In this document: positions 44,027 to 54,098 of the stretch, piece after piece
Numbering within the stretch: position 1 is the stretch's first letter
How the letters are laid out: every line of letters starts with the position of its first letter
Source: Bacteroidota bacterium
GTDB lineage: Bacteria > Bacteroidota > Bacteroidia > J057
Assembly: GCA_038527485.1 (NCBI GenBank)
Contig: JBCBFT010000019.1
Span: forward strand, 754-64,753
DNA length: 64,000 bases
Direction of reading: 5' to 3'
Translations under genes and position numbers: made by a program
The notes under the pieces: generated by a model
What the model was told of the DNA's origin: nothing
Databases searched by the model: none
What the model saw: only the letters and a program-made list of their open reading frames with translations

Positions 44027-44980
44027 ATGAGAAATCGCACGGTAGATACAGACCTTGAACGAAAAATCGGAGAGCGTAGTCATGGACTTCATGGACCTTT
44101 GCTCATTGTAGTAGGGCAGATGCACGGAAATGAGCCTGCGGGGAGCCTCGCGGTACAGGCATTGCTAAGAATGATTGATTGGGAGTTTCGCAAAAATCCT
44201 TCCTTTCACTATCGCGGTAAGCTGGTAGGACTGAGGGGAAATCTTGGGGCGATCGAAGCAGGGGAAAGATATGTCAAGCAAGACTTGAATCGCATTTGGA
44301 AACCCAACCTGCTGTCAAAGATCTTGACACAGCCTGTAGACGCTTTGAGGGCTGAGGAGAAAGAAGCACGCGCCCTGCATGAAGCCATTCGATATGAAAT
44401 CGATTCCTATGATCCTTCCTACGTATTTCTCCTAGATATCCACACCACAACAGCTACAGGAGGTATTTTTTTGATTCCTCCTCCTGATTCTCTCGCTGTT
44501 GAGGTCGCCAAGTCCTTGCATGCACCCATCGTCAAGGGGATGATTGGTGCTTTGAAAGGAACGCTCGTAGAGTATGCGGAGACGAATCCTTGGGGCGTAC
44601 CGACAGATGCGCTCGTTTTTGAGGCAGGGCAGCACCATGCGCCAGTCTCTGTAGACAATTCTATCTCCGCGATTGTAGGAACCATGCGCGCGCTGGGTAT
44701 GCTAGATGTAGAGGATGTCGAGCATGCGCACGATGATAAATTGCAGGCGTGGTCGCGCGATCTTCCCAAGATGACTCGATTGGTTTACCGTCATTCGATC
44801 CTCCCTGAAGATGGTTTTCACATGCTGCCAGGCTTCAAGAATTTTGTCTCTGTAGAAAAAGGACAGCTCCTGGCACACGATCGAAAGGGGCCTATCCATG
44901 CACCAGAGTCAGGCTTTATTCTCATGCCTTTGTATCAAAGACAGGGAGAAGATGGCTTTTTCTTACTGTCAGATGGATAA
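44027..44980 (+). CDS. Succinylglutamate desuccinylase/aspartoacylase (AstE/AspA, M14-like) family zinc hydrolase
   Basis: LLIVVGQMHGNEPAGSLA carries the HxxE zinc ligands, and LLDIHTTT carries the third His. ~317 aa. Confidence 0.7.
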   Translation: MRNRTVDTDLERKIGERSHGLHGPLLIVVGQMHGNEPAGSLAVQALLRMIDWEFRKNPSFHYRGKLVGLRGNLGAIEAGERYVKQDLNRIWKPNLLSKILTQPVDALRAEEKEARALHEAIRYEIDSYDPSYVFLLDIHTTTATGGIFLIPPPDSLAVEVAKSLHAPIVKGMIGALKGTLVEYAETNPWGVPTDALVFEAGQHHAPVSVDNSISAIVGTMRALGMLDVEDVEHAHDDKLQAWSRDLPKMTRLVYRHSILPEDGFHMLPGFKNFVSVEKGQLLAHDRKGPIHAPESGFILMPLYQRQGEDGFFLLSDG

Positions 44981-45072
44981 GTACACACTAGGATCTCGGC
45001 CTTCCACAGTTGACCAATTTCTTTATCTTTGATTTTTCTCACCCACTTTGCGCCTATCAATTATATCATATT

Positions 45073-46854
45073 ATGCAACTGACTAACCTCGATTGGGGGA
45101 TCATTGTGGCTTTTTTTAGCTTGACCTTAGGAATCGGAATATGGGTAAGCCGTCGAGCAGGTAAAAGCAGTCAAGAGTTTTTCCTCAGCGGCCGATCCAT
45201 GCCTTGGTGGTTACTGGGGATGTCTATGGTAGCCACGACCTTTTCTACCGATACGCCCAATCTCGTGACGGATCTCGTCAGGCAAAATGGTGTTTCGGGA
45301 AACTGGGTTTGGTGGGCTTTCTTGATCACGGGGATGCTGACGGTCTTTGTATATGCGCGCTTGTGGAGGCGATCGGGATTGACGACAGACATCGAGTTTT
45401 ATGCGATACGCTATGGCGGGGAACCTGCACGCTTCTTGCGGGGACTGAGAGCGGTCTTCCTTGGGCTATTTTTCAATGTCCTGGCCATGGCAGGAGTCTG
45501 TCTGGCAGCCATCAAGATCGGGGAGGTCATGATGGGGTGGGATGCTTATCAGACGATTGGTTTAGCAGCTTTTGTGACAGTCCTATTCAGTACATTGGGT
45601 GGATTTCGAGGCGTGGTATATACCGATTTTATCTTGTTTTTCTTGGCTATGGCGGGCTCGATTGGAGCCGCTTTTGTGGCTGTCAATCATCCCAATGTAG
45701 GAGGTCTCGACGCGCTCATGGACCATCCCGTCGTACAGGACAAGATCTCCTTTTTTCCCGACTTCAGTGATCCTGCGGCTTATGTTCCCATCCTCATCAT
45801 CCCACTAGCCATCCAATGGTGGTCTTCTTGGTATCCAGGAGGAGAACCTGGGGGAGGAGGTTATGTCGCACAGCGCATGTTGGCAGCCAAGGATGAGACA
45901 CATGCCCTGCGTGCGACCTTCTTTTTCAATATCGCCCACTATGCACTACGTCCCTGGCCCTGGATTTTGGTGGCACTAGCCTCTCTGGTAGTGTTTCCCG
46001 ATATGGACAGCATACAGGCAGCCTTCCCCAGTGTCTCTGAGAGTAAGCTCGGCAATGACCTCGGCTATCCTGCGATGTTGACATTTTTGCCACAAGGGTT
46101 GATGGGCTTGGTGATCGCGTCACTGGTAGCTGCTTTTATGTCCACGATTTCCACTCACCTCAACTGGGGGGCATCCTACCTCGTCCATGATTTCTATCGA
46201 CAGTTTATAAATGAGAAGGCGAGTGAACAGGAAATGGTCAATGTCGGACGTGCTACCACGGCTATTTTGATGCTGTTTTCTGCTTTGGTGGCATTGAATC
46301 TCAACAATTCTGTTCAGATATTTCAGTACATGATCATGTTTGGCGCGGGTACAGGGCTGCTCTTCATTTTGCGCTGGTTTTGGTGGCGGATCAATGCATG
46401 GAGTGAGATTACCGCCATGTTTTCATCGGGGATTTTCTCTATTCTTTTAGAGTCCAAAACACTAGGATTATATCCCACCTCCTGGCCTGATTACTGGAAG
46501 TTTCCTTTGATCGTGCTGATTACGACAGCGATATGGGTGATGGTGACTTTTTTGACGCCTGCTGAAAAGCCCGAAGTCCTTCAAGATTTTGTGAAAAAGA
46601 TTCGTCCAGGTGGCCCTGGCTGGCTCAAGATACGTGCCCAGATTCCCGCAACGGAGCTTCTACAAAAGGACTGGAATGTACCTATGGGAATTCTGGCTAC
46701 CGTACTCGGAACAGGCTTGGTCTATAGTGCATTGTTTGCGACGGGATATTGGATCTATGGTGAATATACACTGGCTGCCAGCCTCACAGGTATCACACTG
46801 GGTTTTGCTGTAGGGTTAGGAAGCATCTGGAAAAAGGTGGGTTTACTGGATTGA
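45073..46854 (+). CDS. Sodium:solute symporter family (SSF) transporter
   Basis: The ATG at 45073 gives MQLTNLDWGIIVAFFSL.... FFLSGRSMPWWLLGMSMVATTFSTDTP is the SSF N-terminal signature. About 13 TM segments. Confidence 0.8.
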   Translation: MQLTNLDWGIIVAFFSLTLGIGIWVSRRAGKSSQEFFLSGRSMPWWLLGMSMVATTFSTDTPNLVTDLVRQNGVSGNWVWWAFLITGMLTVFVYARLWRRSGLTTDIEFYAIRYGGEPARFLRGLRAVFLGLFFNVLAMAGVCLAAIKIGEVMMGWDAYQTIGLAAFVTVLFSTLGGFRGVVYTDFILFFLAMAGSIGAAFVAVNHPNVGGLDALMDHPVVQDKISFFPDFSDPAAYVPILIIPLAIQWWSSWYPGGEPGGGGYVAQRMLAAKDETHALRATFFFNIAHYALRPWPWILVALASLVVFPDMDSIQAAFPSVSESKLGNDLGYPAMLTFLPQGLMGLVIASLVAAFMSTISTHLNWGASYLVHDFYRQFINEKASEQEMVNVGRATTAILMLFSALVALNLNNSVQIFQYMIMFGAGTGLLFILRWFWWRINAWSEITAMFSSGIFSILLESKTLGLYPTSWPDYWKFPLIVLITTAIWVMVTFLTPAEKPEVLQDFVKKIRPGGPGWLKIRAQIPATELLQKDWNVPMGILATVLGTGLVYSALFATGYWIYGEYTLAASLTGITLGFAVGLGSIWKKVGLLD

Positions 46855-46940
46855 GCCTAACTATCCTAATGGTCATTCATCATATCCCTCTTTATCTTAT
46901 GGATTGCGTATTTTCCTGATTTATCACGATCTTTGTCCCA

Positions 46941-47669
46941 ATGGAAGAAAAGCGGGTCAGGATCAATAAATATCTAAGCGAAGTCGGGTATTGTTCCCGT
47001 CGCGCAGCGGATAAGCTGATAGAGCAGCGACGGGTGACCATCAATGGGAAGGTCCCTGAGATGGGAACCAAGGTAGGGCCCGAAGATGAAGTGCGTGTCA
47101 ACGGAAAACTCGTAACAGCAAAGGACGATGCACCCGTTTATCTCGCGTTCCACAAGCCTGTGGGGATCGTCTGCACCACAGACACACGCGTCGAGAAAGA
47201 TAACATCATTGACTACATTGGTTATCCTGAGCGAATCTTTCCTATCGGCCGTCTCGACAAAATGAGCGAAGGCCTCATCTTCATGACCAATGATGGAGAC
47301 ATTGTCAATAAAATCCTCCGCGCCCGTAACCATCACGAGAAGGAATACATCGTCACGGTCAATAAACCGATCGACCGAGAGTTTGTACGCAAGATGAGCA
47401 ATGGGATACCTATTTTAGATACTGTCACACGCAAGTGTTATGTGGAGCAAATGGGGAAACAGAAGTTCAAGATCATTCTAACCCAAGGCCTCAACCGGCA
47501 GATTCGTCGTATGTGTGAGTATCTAGGTTATCGGGTGACGAAGCTCAAGCGGATTCGAATCATGAATGTTACCCTAGATATTCCTGTAGGAAAATGGAGA
47601 CCGCTTACTCCTCGTGAGTTAAAGGGAATTCGCAGGATGGTGTCGCAGTCTCAGAAAACGCATGATTAG
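46941..47669 (+). CDS. rluF: 23S rRNA pseudouridine synthase RluF (RsuA/RluB/E/F family with an S4 domain)
   Basis: It is near-collinear with E. coli RluF as I remember it: RINKYLSEVGYCSRRAADKLIEQ..., KPVGIVCTT, FPIGRLDKMSEGLIFMTNDGD, HEKEYIVTV, GLNRQIRRMCEYLGY. Confidence 0.85.
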   Translation: MEEKRVRINKYLSEVGYCSRRAADKLIEQRRVTINGKVPEMGTKVGPEDEVRVNGKLVTAKDDAPVYLAFHKPVGIVCTTDTRVEKDNIIDYIGYPERIFPIGRLDKMSEGLIFMTNDGDIVNKILRARNHHEKEYIVTVNKPIDREFVRKMSNGIPILDTVTRKCYVEQMGKQKFKIILTQGLNRQIRRMCEYLGYRVTKLKRIRIMNVTLDIPVGKWRPLTPRELKGIRRMVSQSQKTHD

Positions 47670-47803
47670 CACATGCTCAGGCAGTAGAAGGTGCATAAAT
47701 ATCTTGAACCGCTCCTCATTATCTTCAAAAGATTCCTCTCATTTCTTCACTCGAAATTCTATATCGATCTGACCAGCTCATAGCAATCAACAAACCACAT
47801 GGT

Positions 47804-48430
47804 TTGCTGGTACATCCTTCACGCATCGCACGTGATGCCGATACTTCAGCTATGCAGCTCCTGCGAGATCAGATAGGTACCAAAGTCTATCCTGTTCATC
47901 GATTAGATCGTAAAACATCGGGCGTGCTGTTGTTTGCGCTAAGCCCTGAGTCCAACGCTGCATTGCAGAAGCAATTTCATGACAGACAAGTAAAAAAAAC
48001 TTACCATGCACTGGTGAGGGGATTTGTTTCTGAAGAGGGTGAGATAGATTATCCCTTGACAGAAAATGATAAGACACAGGATGCCTTAACGTACTTTCGG
48101 CTGCTCCAACATTTTGAGATTCCCTTGCCACATGGGAAGTTCCCTACCTCGCGTTACAGTTGGGTAGAGTTGACACCACATACGGGACGATTTCATCAGT
48201 TGCGCAAGCACATGGCACATATATTTCATCCGATCATCGGGGACCGACCGCACGGCTGCAACAAGCAGAATAAACTGTGGAAGGAAACATGGGGAATGAC
48301 CTCTATGCTGCTGCATGCAGAGCAGCTAGACGTAGAACTTTCCGCAGGAAGTCCCTTGAAGATTCATGCGGAAAAACAGCCTATTTTTCAGCAGGTCTTG
48401 AACATGCTTTCTTCCGAAACGCTAGACTGA
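47804..48430 (+). CDS. truC: tRNA pseudouridine synthase TruC (RluA family). The coordinates use the TTG at 47804, but conserved N-terminal sequence continues upstream to 47708 with no canonical start.
   Basis: VHRLDRKTSGVLLFA, KTYHALVRG, TGRFHQLRKHMAHIFHPIIGD and MLLHA. The upstream in-frame LEILYRSDQLIAINKPHG matches the E. coli TruC N-terminus MLEILYQDEWLVAVNKPSG. Confidence 0.8.
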   Translation: MLVHPSRIARDADTSAMQLLRDQIGTKVYPVHRLDRKTSGVLLFALSPESNAALQKQFHDRQVKKTYHALVRGFVSEEGEIDYPLTENDKTQDALTYFRLLQHFEIPLPHGKFPTSRYSWVELTPHTGRFHQLRKHMAHIFHPIIGDRPHGCNKQNKLWKETWGMTSMLLHAEQLDVELSAGSPLKIHAEKQPIFQQVLNMLSSETLD

Positions 48431-49009
48431 TTCTCGACGATACTCCATGTAGGTTGCGGTCGCTTCCGCGATGGCTTCCCCATGCAATTTCTCCACTAAG
48501 TGAAACGAAAGATCTATACCTGCTGAGATCCCTCCTGAAGTGAAGATTTTACCTGCTTGTACATAGCGCTTTTCAGGCTGAGGTTTTCCACTGGGGGTGA
48601 TGGCTTTCATTGAGTCGTAGACCTCGTGATGTGTACAGTAAGGTTGCAAATCTAGAAGCCCCAATACCCCAAGTATGCGCGAGCCCGAACAAACACTCAA
48701 GGTCCAGGATGTTTTCTCATGAACCTGCTGCACCCAATTTAGGATTTCATTGTCTTGGATGACCGCCTTGGTGCCGTCTCCACCAGGGACGATCAAGATA
48801 TCGATGGGAGGACAGTGGGCAAAATCGTAGGTAGGATTAACGGACAATCCATTGATGGCGCGTATAGGAGCTGTACTTTTTCCCACAGTAAAAACATCGA
48901 ATAGCTTGTAATCTTGCAACTGGGAGCTTACAGAAAATACTTCGAAAGGCCCCGCAAAATCCAGGACTTCGGCATCGTCAAATAAAAGGATTCCTACATT
49001 TTGTTTCAT
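48422..49009 (-). CDS. DJ-1/PfpI-family (class I glutamine amidotransferase-like) protein
   Basis: ILLFDDAEVLDFAGPFEVF, the nucleophile elbow LSVCSGSRILG, and GGISAGIDLSFHLV. Confidence 0.8.
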   Translation of the reverse strand: MKQNVGILLFDDAEVLDFAGPFEVFSVSSQLQDYKLFDVFTVGKSTAPIRAINGLSVNPTYDFAHCPPIDILIVPGGDGTKAVIQDNEILNWVQQVHEKTSWTLSVCSGSRILGVLGLLDLQPYCTHHEVYDSMKAITPSGKPQPEKRYVQAGKIFTSGGISAGIDLSFHLVEKLHGEAIAEATATYMEYRRESV

Positions 49010-49017
49010 TTCTCAAT

Positions 49018-50340
49018 CTACCACAATCGCTTCTTCAGACCAAAATCCATATGGATACGCATACGATTTTGCTGGGTGGCAGCTGTACTGGTATTGTTGT
49101 ACGCTGCGCTGAGATTGTGGTGAAATGAAGGCTGAATGAACACTGAAAGCTCACGGCTAATGGCTTGCTCATATCGGATACCCCCCATGGCGTAGCTGTG
49201 CCACTGATTGAAGGTCAAAAGGGGATCGCTAGATGCTTCAGGGCTTTGAGTGAAGCCTACTTGCTTGCTGCGATTCGCGTTGTAACTGGCTGCCCAGCCC
49301 GCTGTCAAAACAAGATTGCTTGCCCCCCGCTTGAGGTAAAAGTCAAGTGCGATCGGCACATCAATCTGTGTCTGGCTGAAAGTGACCGTTTGCGGTTGAT
49401 TCAGGCTCAGCTCCGCAATGTCGACCTCTCCAATCGGTACGAAATTAGTCGGCAAAAATCCTGTTTCTATCCGTCCTTGCTCACTTCGACGGAAACTGAG
49501 ACCTACACGGAGTCCCCATCGTCTGATTTGCTTACCTAGACTGATTTGGAGGCGCTGTTGATATCTCGGATAGGCTACCCGATTGACCTGGATGGTATCG
49601 GTATTTTGGGAAGGAATAGGAACCGCGTTGAAATCATAGGTATCGGAGTAGACGATATCGTTGCTTGCCGTCGAGGCAGGTAAGAAGGCTTCTTCCCCCA
49701 CAAAGTCTTGTATCCGCATTCTGCCGTATCCCCATCCCCCTTGGATAAATATTGACCACATGGCGGAGTTTGGATTCCGTCTCATACTTTCACCATAGAC
49801 ATGTGGCGCTTCGACAGGGTGTGCGAGTGAAGTACGAATAGAAGGCAATTTATGTACTTGAAAATCTATTTGTTGGAGCAAAGCAGGCTGAGATATGATC
49901 CATTGAGTGACATCAGAAGTAGGTAGCTCTGAAGGTATATCTGTAGCGAGAAGATGAGTGGAAATACGAGAAAGTGTGTGACTTCGGTTTGTATGCGATG
50001 ATGAAGGAAGAGAAGTGGGGGGGTACAAAGAAGAATAGGCCTCTAGGCAAGCTTCTTCTAGTTCAGCTGAGCTGGGACGCTGTGGAAGGATATATTCGGT
50101 TTCGCTCTGGCTAAAGTGTGGAGGGAGAAGATGTTCTTGTGTGGTAAAGGGATTGAAATAAATGCCTAGTGCCACAAGAGCCAGCATAAGAAATCCGCCT
50201 GTCCACCACCAAAATAGGTAACGATGACTGCTCTTAGGGGCGATTTGTTGTTCGATTGCAGCCCATAGTTCAGGACTGGGCTGCATACGCGCCCCCTCTA
50301 CTTTTCCCCTGATCCTCTGTTCAAATTGTTCAGCTGACAT
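49018..50340 (-). CDS. Putative anti-sigma factor: N-terminal cytoplasmic segment, one TM, and a C-terminal beta-barrel-like domain
   Basis: It overlaps the upstream sigma gene by 11 nt. The TM is YLFWWWTGGFLMLALVALGIYF. The C-terminal third has alternating beta patterns and ends ...HMDFGLKKRLW. Confidence 0.55.
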   Translation of the reverse strand: MSAEQFEQRIRGKVEGARMQPSPELWAAIEQQIAPKSSHRYLFWWWTGGFLMLALVALGIYFNPFTTQEHLLPPHFSQSETEYILPQRPSSAELEEACLEAYSSLYPPTSLPSSSHTNRSHTLSRISTHLLATDIPSELPTSDVTQWIISQPALLQQIDFQVHKLPSIRTSLAHPVEAPHVYGESMRRNPNSAMWSIFIQGGWGYGRMRIQDFVGEEAFLPASTASNDIVYSDTYDFNAVPIPSQNTDTIQVNRVAYPRYQQRLQISLGKQIRRWGLRVGLSFRRSEQGRIETGFLPTNFVPIGEVDIAELSLNQPQTVTFSQTQIDVPIALDFYLKRGASNLVLTAGWAASYNANRSKQVGFTQSPEASSDPLLTFNQWHSYAMGGIRYEQAISRELSVFIQPSFHHNLSAAYNNTSTAATQQNRMRIHMDFGLKKRLW

Positions 50341-50890
50341 CTTTATACGAATGTTGATACGTGCGACTGTCTACCAGTTTGCGCTTGAGCATGCTGCGTG
50401 CCCTTGTATATTGGGAACGAGACGTGCTTTCGCTTATCTGGAGTTTTTTTCCGATTTCGGCATGCGAATAGCCTTCTATAGCATACAGGTTGAAGACCAT
50501 TCGGTATCCATCAGGTAACCCCTGAATCACATCTAGGACGTACTCCGCCTCTAGTTGATCCAGTGCGTCTTCTTGGTCATCCTCTGTGATGGTCTCATTG
50601 AGTTCTAGTTGGTGGTGTGCATGTCGCTCCTTTCTGAGGATATCGATGGCTGTATTGATCATGATCCGCCGTATCCAACCTTCAAAAGAGCCTCGGTCTT
50701 TGTACTTCTTGATGGACTGGTAGACCTTGATGAATCCTTCCTGCAGAATATCTTCAGCTTCCGCAGCACTTGCAGCATATCGATAACAGACCACCAGCAT
50801 CCGAGGGGCAAACAGATCATATAGCTCACGCTGAGCATGAGGATCCTGTTTGACACAGCCGCGAATTAATGCCTGATAGGGCCTATTCAT
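50330..50890 (-). CDS. ECF RNA polymerase sigma-70 factor
   Basis: AEDILQEGFIKVY, FEGWIRRIMINTAID, and region 4 VFNLYAIEGYSHAEIGKKLQISESTSRSQYTRARSMLKRKL. Confidence 0.85.
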   Translation of the reverse strand: MNRPYQALIRGCVKQDPHAQRELYDLFAPRMLVVCYRYAASAAEAEDILQEGFIKVYQSIKKYKDRGSFEGWIRRIMINTAIDILRKERHAHHQLELNETITEDDQEDALDQLEAEYVLDVIQGLPDGYRMVFNLYAIEGYSHAEIGKKLQISESTSRSQYTRARSMLKRKLVDSRTYQHSYKDVS

Positions 50891-51057
50891 AAGAAGGATT
50901 TGAGCTTACAACGTATATATTACACATTTCGCTGCATCTTATCATAAAAAAGACCTCTTCAAATGAAGAGGCCCATATCATAAGACTAACATATAGGGTG
51001 AGGTTGAGTTCAAGTCTAGGAAACTGTCAAAACTGAAAGCTTACAGTAAAACAGTCC

Positions 51058-51213
51058 TTAGGGAAGCACAGTGAGCGCTTCTGTAGCAAAATCATGGACA
51101 GCTATCGCTTGGTTCGCCTCCCACATCATCATGCCTGCACCCGCAATAGCACCCAGTGCCAATCCTAGCAAAGCAATACCGAGCCATCTTTTCTTTGTCA
51201 TTTTCATTTTCAT
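51058..51213 (-). CDS. Small glycine-zipper membrane protein, hypothetical
   Basis: The ATG at 51213 gives MKMKMTKKRWLGIALLGLALGAIAGAGMMMWEANQ.... Coding status is uncertain. Confidence 0.35.
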   Translation of the reverse strand: MKMKMTKKRWLGIALLGLALGAIAGAGMMMWEANQAIAVHDFATEALTVLP

Positions 51214-51355
51214 TTGATCATTAGTGTTTATCAACATTCTTTCATACGTCAATAAACACAAGATGGTGGTCCCAATCATCCCTCTATTAGCAAGCGTGCG
51301 ACTGAGAAGGAAAAGTGTGTAGCTAAAAGAAGCTAGGAGACGTATATATCAATCG

Positions 51356-52291
51356 CTATTCCTTGAAATTCAACGTAAGTCCCACGGTCAGAATGTGTTG
51401 AAACTGCGTACGTGGACCTTTTCCGTCAGGCGTTCCGTCTCCATTTCTGTCGATGGCAAACAAGATGTCATCATCGTAGATCAGGTTGGTCGCAAAGCTG
51501 ACAGCGAGGAAATCGTTGACTTTCATCGTTGTGAGCGTCTCCCAATTCACGTCGATATTGCCGAAATTCTCTAAGTAATTGGCAAAGAAATTAGCCGTAG
51601 ATTGAAAGAGGACGTTTTTGACTACCTCTTGCTTGAGCTTTACTGTTAAGTTTGAACCAAGCTCAAACCGTGCAGGTCCCGTTGTGATTTCCTGTGGAAT
51701 GAAATTGGGACGTAAGTTCTCGTCTGCTACGATGGTAATCTTTGCGTTGACGGGGGTATAATAAAAAGATAAATTTTCGGAGGGTTGATAATCAATACCC
51801 ACACCAAAGTTGAGATAGGCAGGGGAAAGGAATCGAGAGATGAGTGTGGCGGAATCCTCATTCGTAGGAAAAGCAGGATTGAACTCAAAACCTTCGTCAA
51901 ATTGAGAACGGAAATTGAGCTGAGCTGCGATCAGGAGCTTTTCTGCGAGAGGTGCGCCATACTTTGAGGTGAATTCAATTCGGTCTTCATTTTTCAGGAA
52001 GACCCCCTCTCTTCCCTGACGCAGCAAGCCATAGGCCAAAGCCAACTCATTGGTCCATTGACTCTTCTTCTTGTAGTTCGCAAATAAATTGAGGCGACCC
52101 GAAACAGCCTGTGAGGGCAGCGCACCTGCTTGCCAATAGGTACTGTATCCCGTATTTGAAAAACCGATACTGGCAACCCCACCTGAAGTCCAATAGCTGG
52201 TATCTTTAAGAGCGGCATCTGGTGTTTCTTGAGCAGAAAGTGAAAACCCTAAGCCTAGGATTATGCACATAAACAAGGCGTACTTTTTCAT
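51356..52291 (-). CDS. DUF3078-family outer-membrane beta-barrel protein
   Basis: Signal peptide, then SYWTSGGVASIGFSNTGYSTYWQAGA...LNLFANYKK...WTNELALAYG, typical of DUF3078. Confidence 0.7.
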   Translation of the reverse strand: MKKYALFMCIILGLGFSLSAQETPDAALKDTSYWTSGGVASIGFSNTGYSTYWQAGALPSQAVSGRLNLFANYKKKSQWTNELALAYGLLRQGREGVFLKNEDRIEFTSKYGAPLAEKLLIAAQLNFRSQFDEGFEFNPAFPTNEDSATLISRFLSPAYLNFGVGIDYQPSENLSFYYTPVNAKITIVADENLRPNFIPQEITTGPARFELGSNLTVKLKQEVVKNVLFQSTANFFANYLENFGNIDVNWETLTTMKVNDFLAVSFATNLIYDDDILFAIDRNGDGTPDGKGPRTQFQHILTVGLTLNFKE

Positions 52292-52522
52292 ACTGGTCTA
52301 GCGGTTTGATGTTTTTGTCAGTGAATGATCGATCATGATGTCAGTAGGTGAGCATCCCAATAGATCTTAAAAAGGATTAAGTTTTAGTTGTCTGTGGCGA
52401 AAGTAGGATAAAAAAGTGTTTTGGCGATCTGAAAATCTGGTTTTCTGAGTTGCATGTTCTACTTTTACAATGCGATTGAGACAATCCGTAAGCGCATATG
52501 TCACTTCTTTTAAAAAAATGAA

Positions 52523-53050
52523 ATGGATCTCTTGCTGGTAGATACCGTACAAGTAAGCACCTTTGGGCAAGCACTTCTCTATATTATCGGGGGAAGTTTG
52601 TTTGTCTTGCTAGGGCTAGGTGTCGCCAAACTTCTGGGACCGGACCGTCCCAATCCTGAAAAACTTAGCTCTTATGAATGTGGAGAGGATACCATTGGCG
52701 ACAGCACGCTTCAGTTCAACATGCGTTTTTATGTGATTGCTTTGATTTTCTTGATTTTCGAAGTAGAGATTTTGTTCCTATTCCCGTGGTCTACAGTATA
52801 TGCGAAAGTGGAATGGATTCAAGCTTATCCTCAATGGGGGATCGTCGCAGCGGTAGAAATGGTGCTCTTTGTGATCATTCTGGTGGCAGGTCTTGCCTAT
52901 GCTTGGGTTCATGGAGATTTGGACTGGATCAAGCCACAACCGATTACTCCCCAGAGCCCTCAAGCACTTGCTGAGGATCTCTATCAGCAGGTAAATGAAA
53001 AATATGCAGGAACAAAGGCGCCAGGGAAAACCACAGCCCCTTCTGCATGA
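52523..53050 (+). CDS. nuoA: NADH-quinone oxidoreductase subunit A, with a ~45-aa Pro/Gln-rich C-terminal tail
   Basis: YECGEDTIGDSTLQFNMRFYVIALIFLIFEVEILFLFPW. Confidence 0.85.
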   Translation: MDLLLVDTVQVSTFGQALLYIIGGSLFVLLGLGVAKLLGPDRPNPEKLSSYECGEDTIGDSTLQFNMRFYVIALIFLIFEVEILFLFPWSTVYAKVEWIQAYPQWGIVAAVEMVLFVIILVAGLAYAWVHGDLDWIKPQPITPQSPQALAEDLYQQVNEKYAGTKAPGKTTAPSA

Positions 53051-53068
53051 CTTCTGTGAATATTCGTT

Positions 53069-53587
53069 ATGGGTTTATTAGATCATAAAACAGGCGAAGG
53101 CCGCATCGTCATTACCAAAGTAGATGATCTGCTCAACTGGGCGAAACTCTCTTCTTTATGGCCGATGGGCTTCGGACTGGCTTGTTGTGCCATCGAGATG
53201 ATGGCGACCAATGCGAGCCACTATGACCTGGATCGGATGGGCGTATTTCCCCGTCCTAGCCCTCGCCAATCCGACGTCATGATTGTCGCAGGTACCGTCA
53301 CTTTCAAGATGGCCGACAGGGTGCGCCGCCTCTATGAACAGATGGCAGAGCCGCGCTATGTGATTTCTATGGGCTCCTGCTCCAACTGTGGGGGACCTTA
53401 CTGGGAACACGGATACCATGTCGTCAAAGGAGTGGATCGCGTGATCCCTGTAGATGTATATGTGCCAGGTTGCCCTCCTAGACCCGAAGCCTTGATTGGA
53501 GGCATCATCAAGTTGCAAGAGAAAATCAGGGGCGAAAGTCTATTTTTACCAAAAATGGAAAAAGAAGAACCTACTCAACGTAAGTGA
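53069..53587 (+). CDS. nuoB: NADH-quinone oxidoreductase subunit B
   Basis: [21 protein letters not shown] and [10 protein letters not shown] carry the N2 cluster cysteines. Confidence 0.92.
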   Translation: MGLLDHKTGEGRIVITKVDDLLNWAKLSSLWPMGFGLACCAIEMMATNASHYDLDRMGVFPRPSPRQSDVMIVAGTVTFKMADRVRRLYEQMAEPRYVISMGSCSNCGGPYWEHGYHVVKGVDRVIPVDVYVPGCPPRPEALIGGIIKLQEKIRGESLFLPKMEKEEPTQRK

Positions 53588-53588
53588 T

Positions 53589-54098
53589 ATGCTGACATTT
53601 CCCCAAATGCTTGAAATCCTGCAAGAGGAGTTTCCCGAAAATGTCATCCTCGAAGCATCAAGTGAGGTCAAGCAACCCTGGATTCAAATCCAGGTAGGAG
53701 AAATTGAGCGATTCTCTACCTTCCTTCTCCATGATCCTCGGTTCTATTTTGACTTTCTCAACTGCTTGAGTGGGGTAGACAAAGGAAAAGATGCACAAGA
53801 ATTAGAGGTGATCTATCATTTGACCTCTATGATTCATGAGCATCAATTGGTCCTGAAGGTGATTGTCCTCAAGACGTCATCTGAGGATCGAGATATAAAG
53901 CCCACAGTCCCCTCTGTAGCAGGTGTGTGGCGTGCAGCCGATTGGCATGAGCGCGAGGCTTATGACATGCTAGGCATCTACTTTGAAGGACATCCCGACA
54001 TGCGACGAATTCTCATGCCAGAGGACTGGCCAGGACATCCTTTACGCAAGGACTATGAAAATCCCGACACCTACCACAACATCAAGGTGGATTATTAG
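53589..54098 (+). CDS. nuoC: NADH-quinone oxidoreductase subunit C
   Basis: The ATG at 53589 lies 2 nt after the nuoB stop. [43 protein letters not shown]. Confidence 0.9.
   Translation: MLTFPQMLEILQEEFPENVILEASSEVKQPWIQIQVGEIERFSTFLLHDPRFYFDFLNCLSGVDKGKDAQELEVIYHLTSMIHEHQLVLKVIVLKTSSEDRDIKPTVPSVAGVWRAADWHEREAYDMLGIYFEGHPDMRRILMPEDWPGHPLRKDYENPDTYHNIKVDY

Noticed and set aside
48422-48430. The 9-nt overlap of the convergent 3' ends of truC and the DJ-1/PfpI gene as a regulatory antisense feature
   Set aside because: Short convergent stop-region overlaps are common in compact genomes. No hairpin or other signal is evident.
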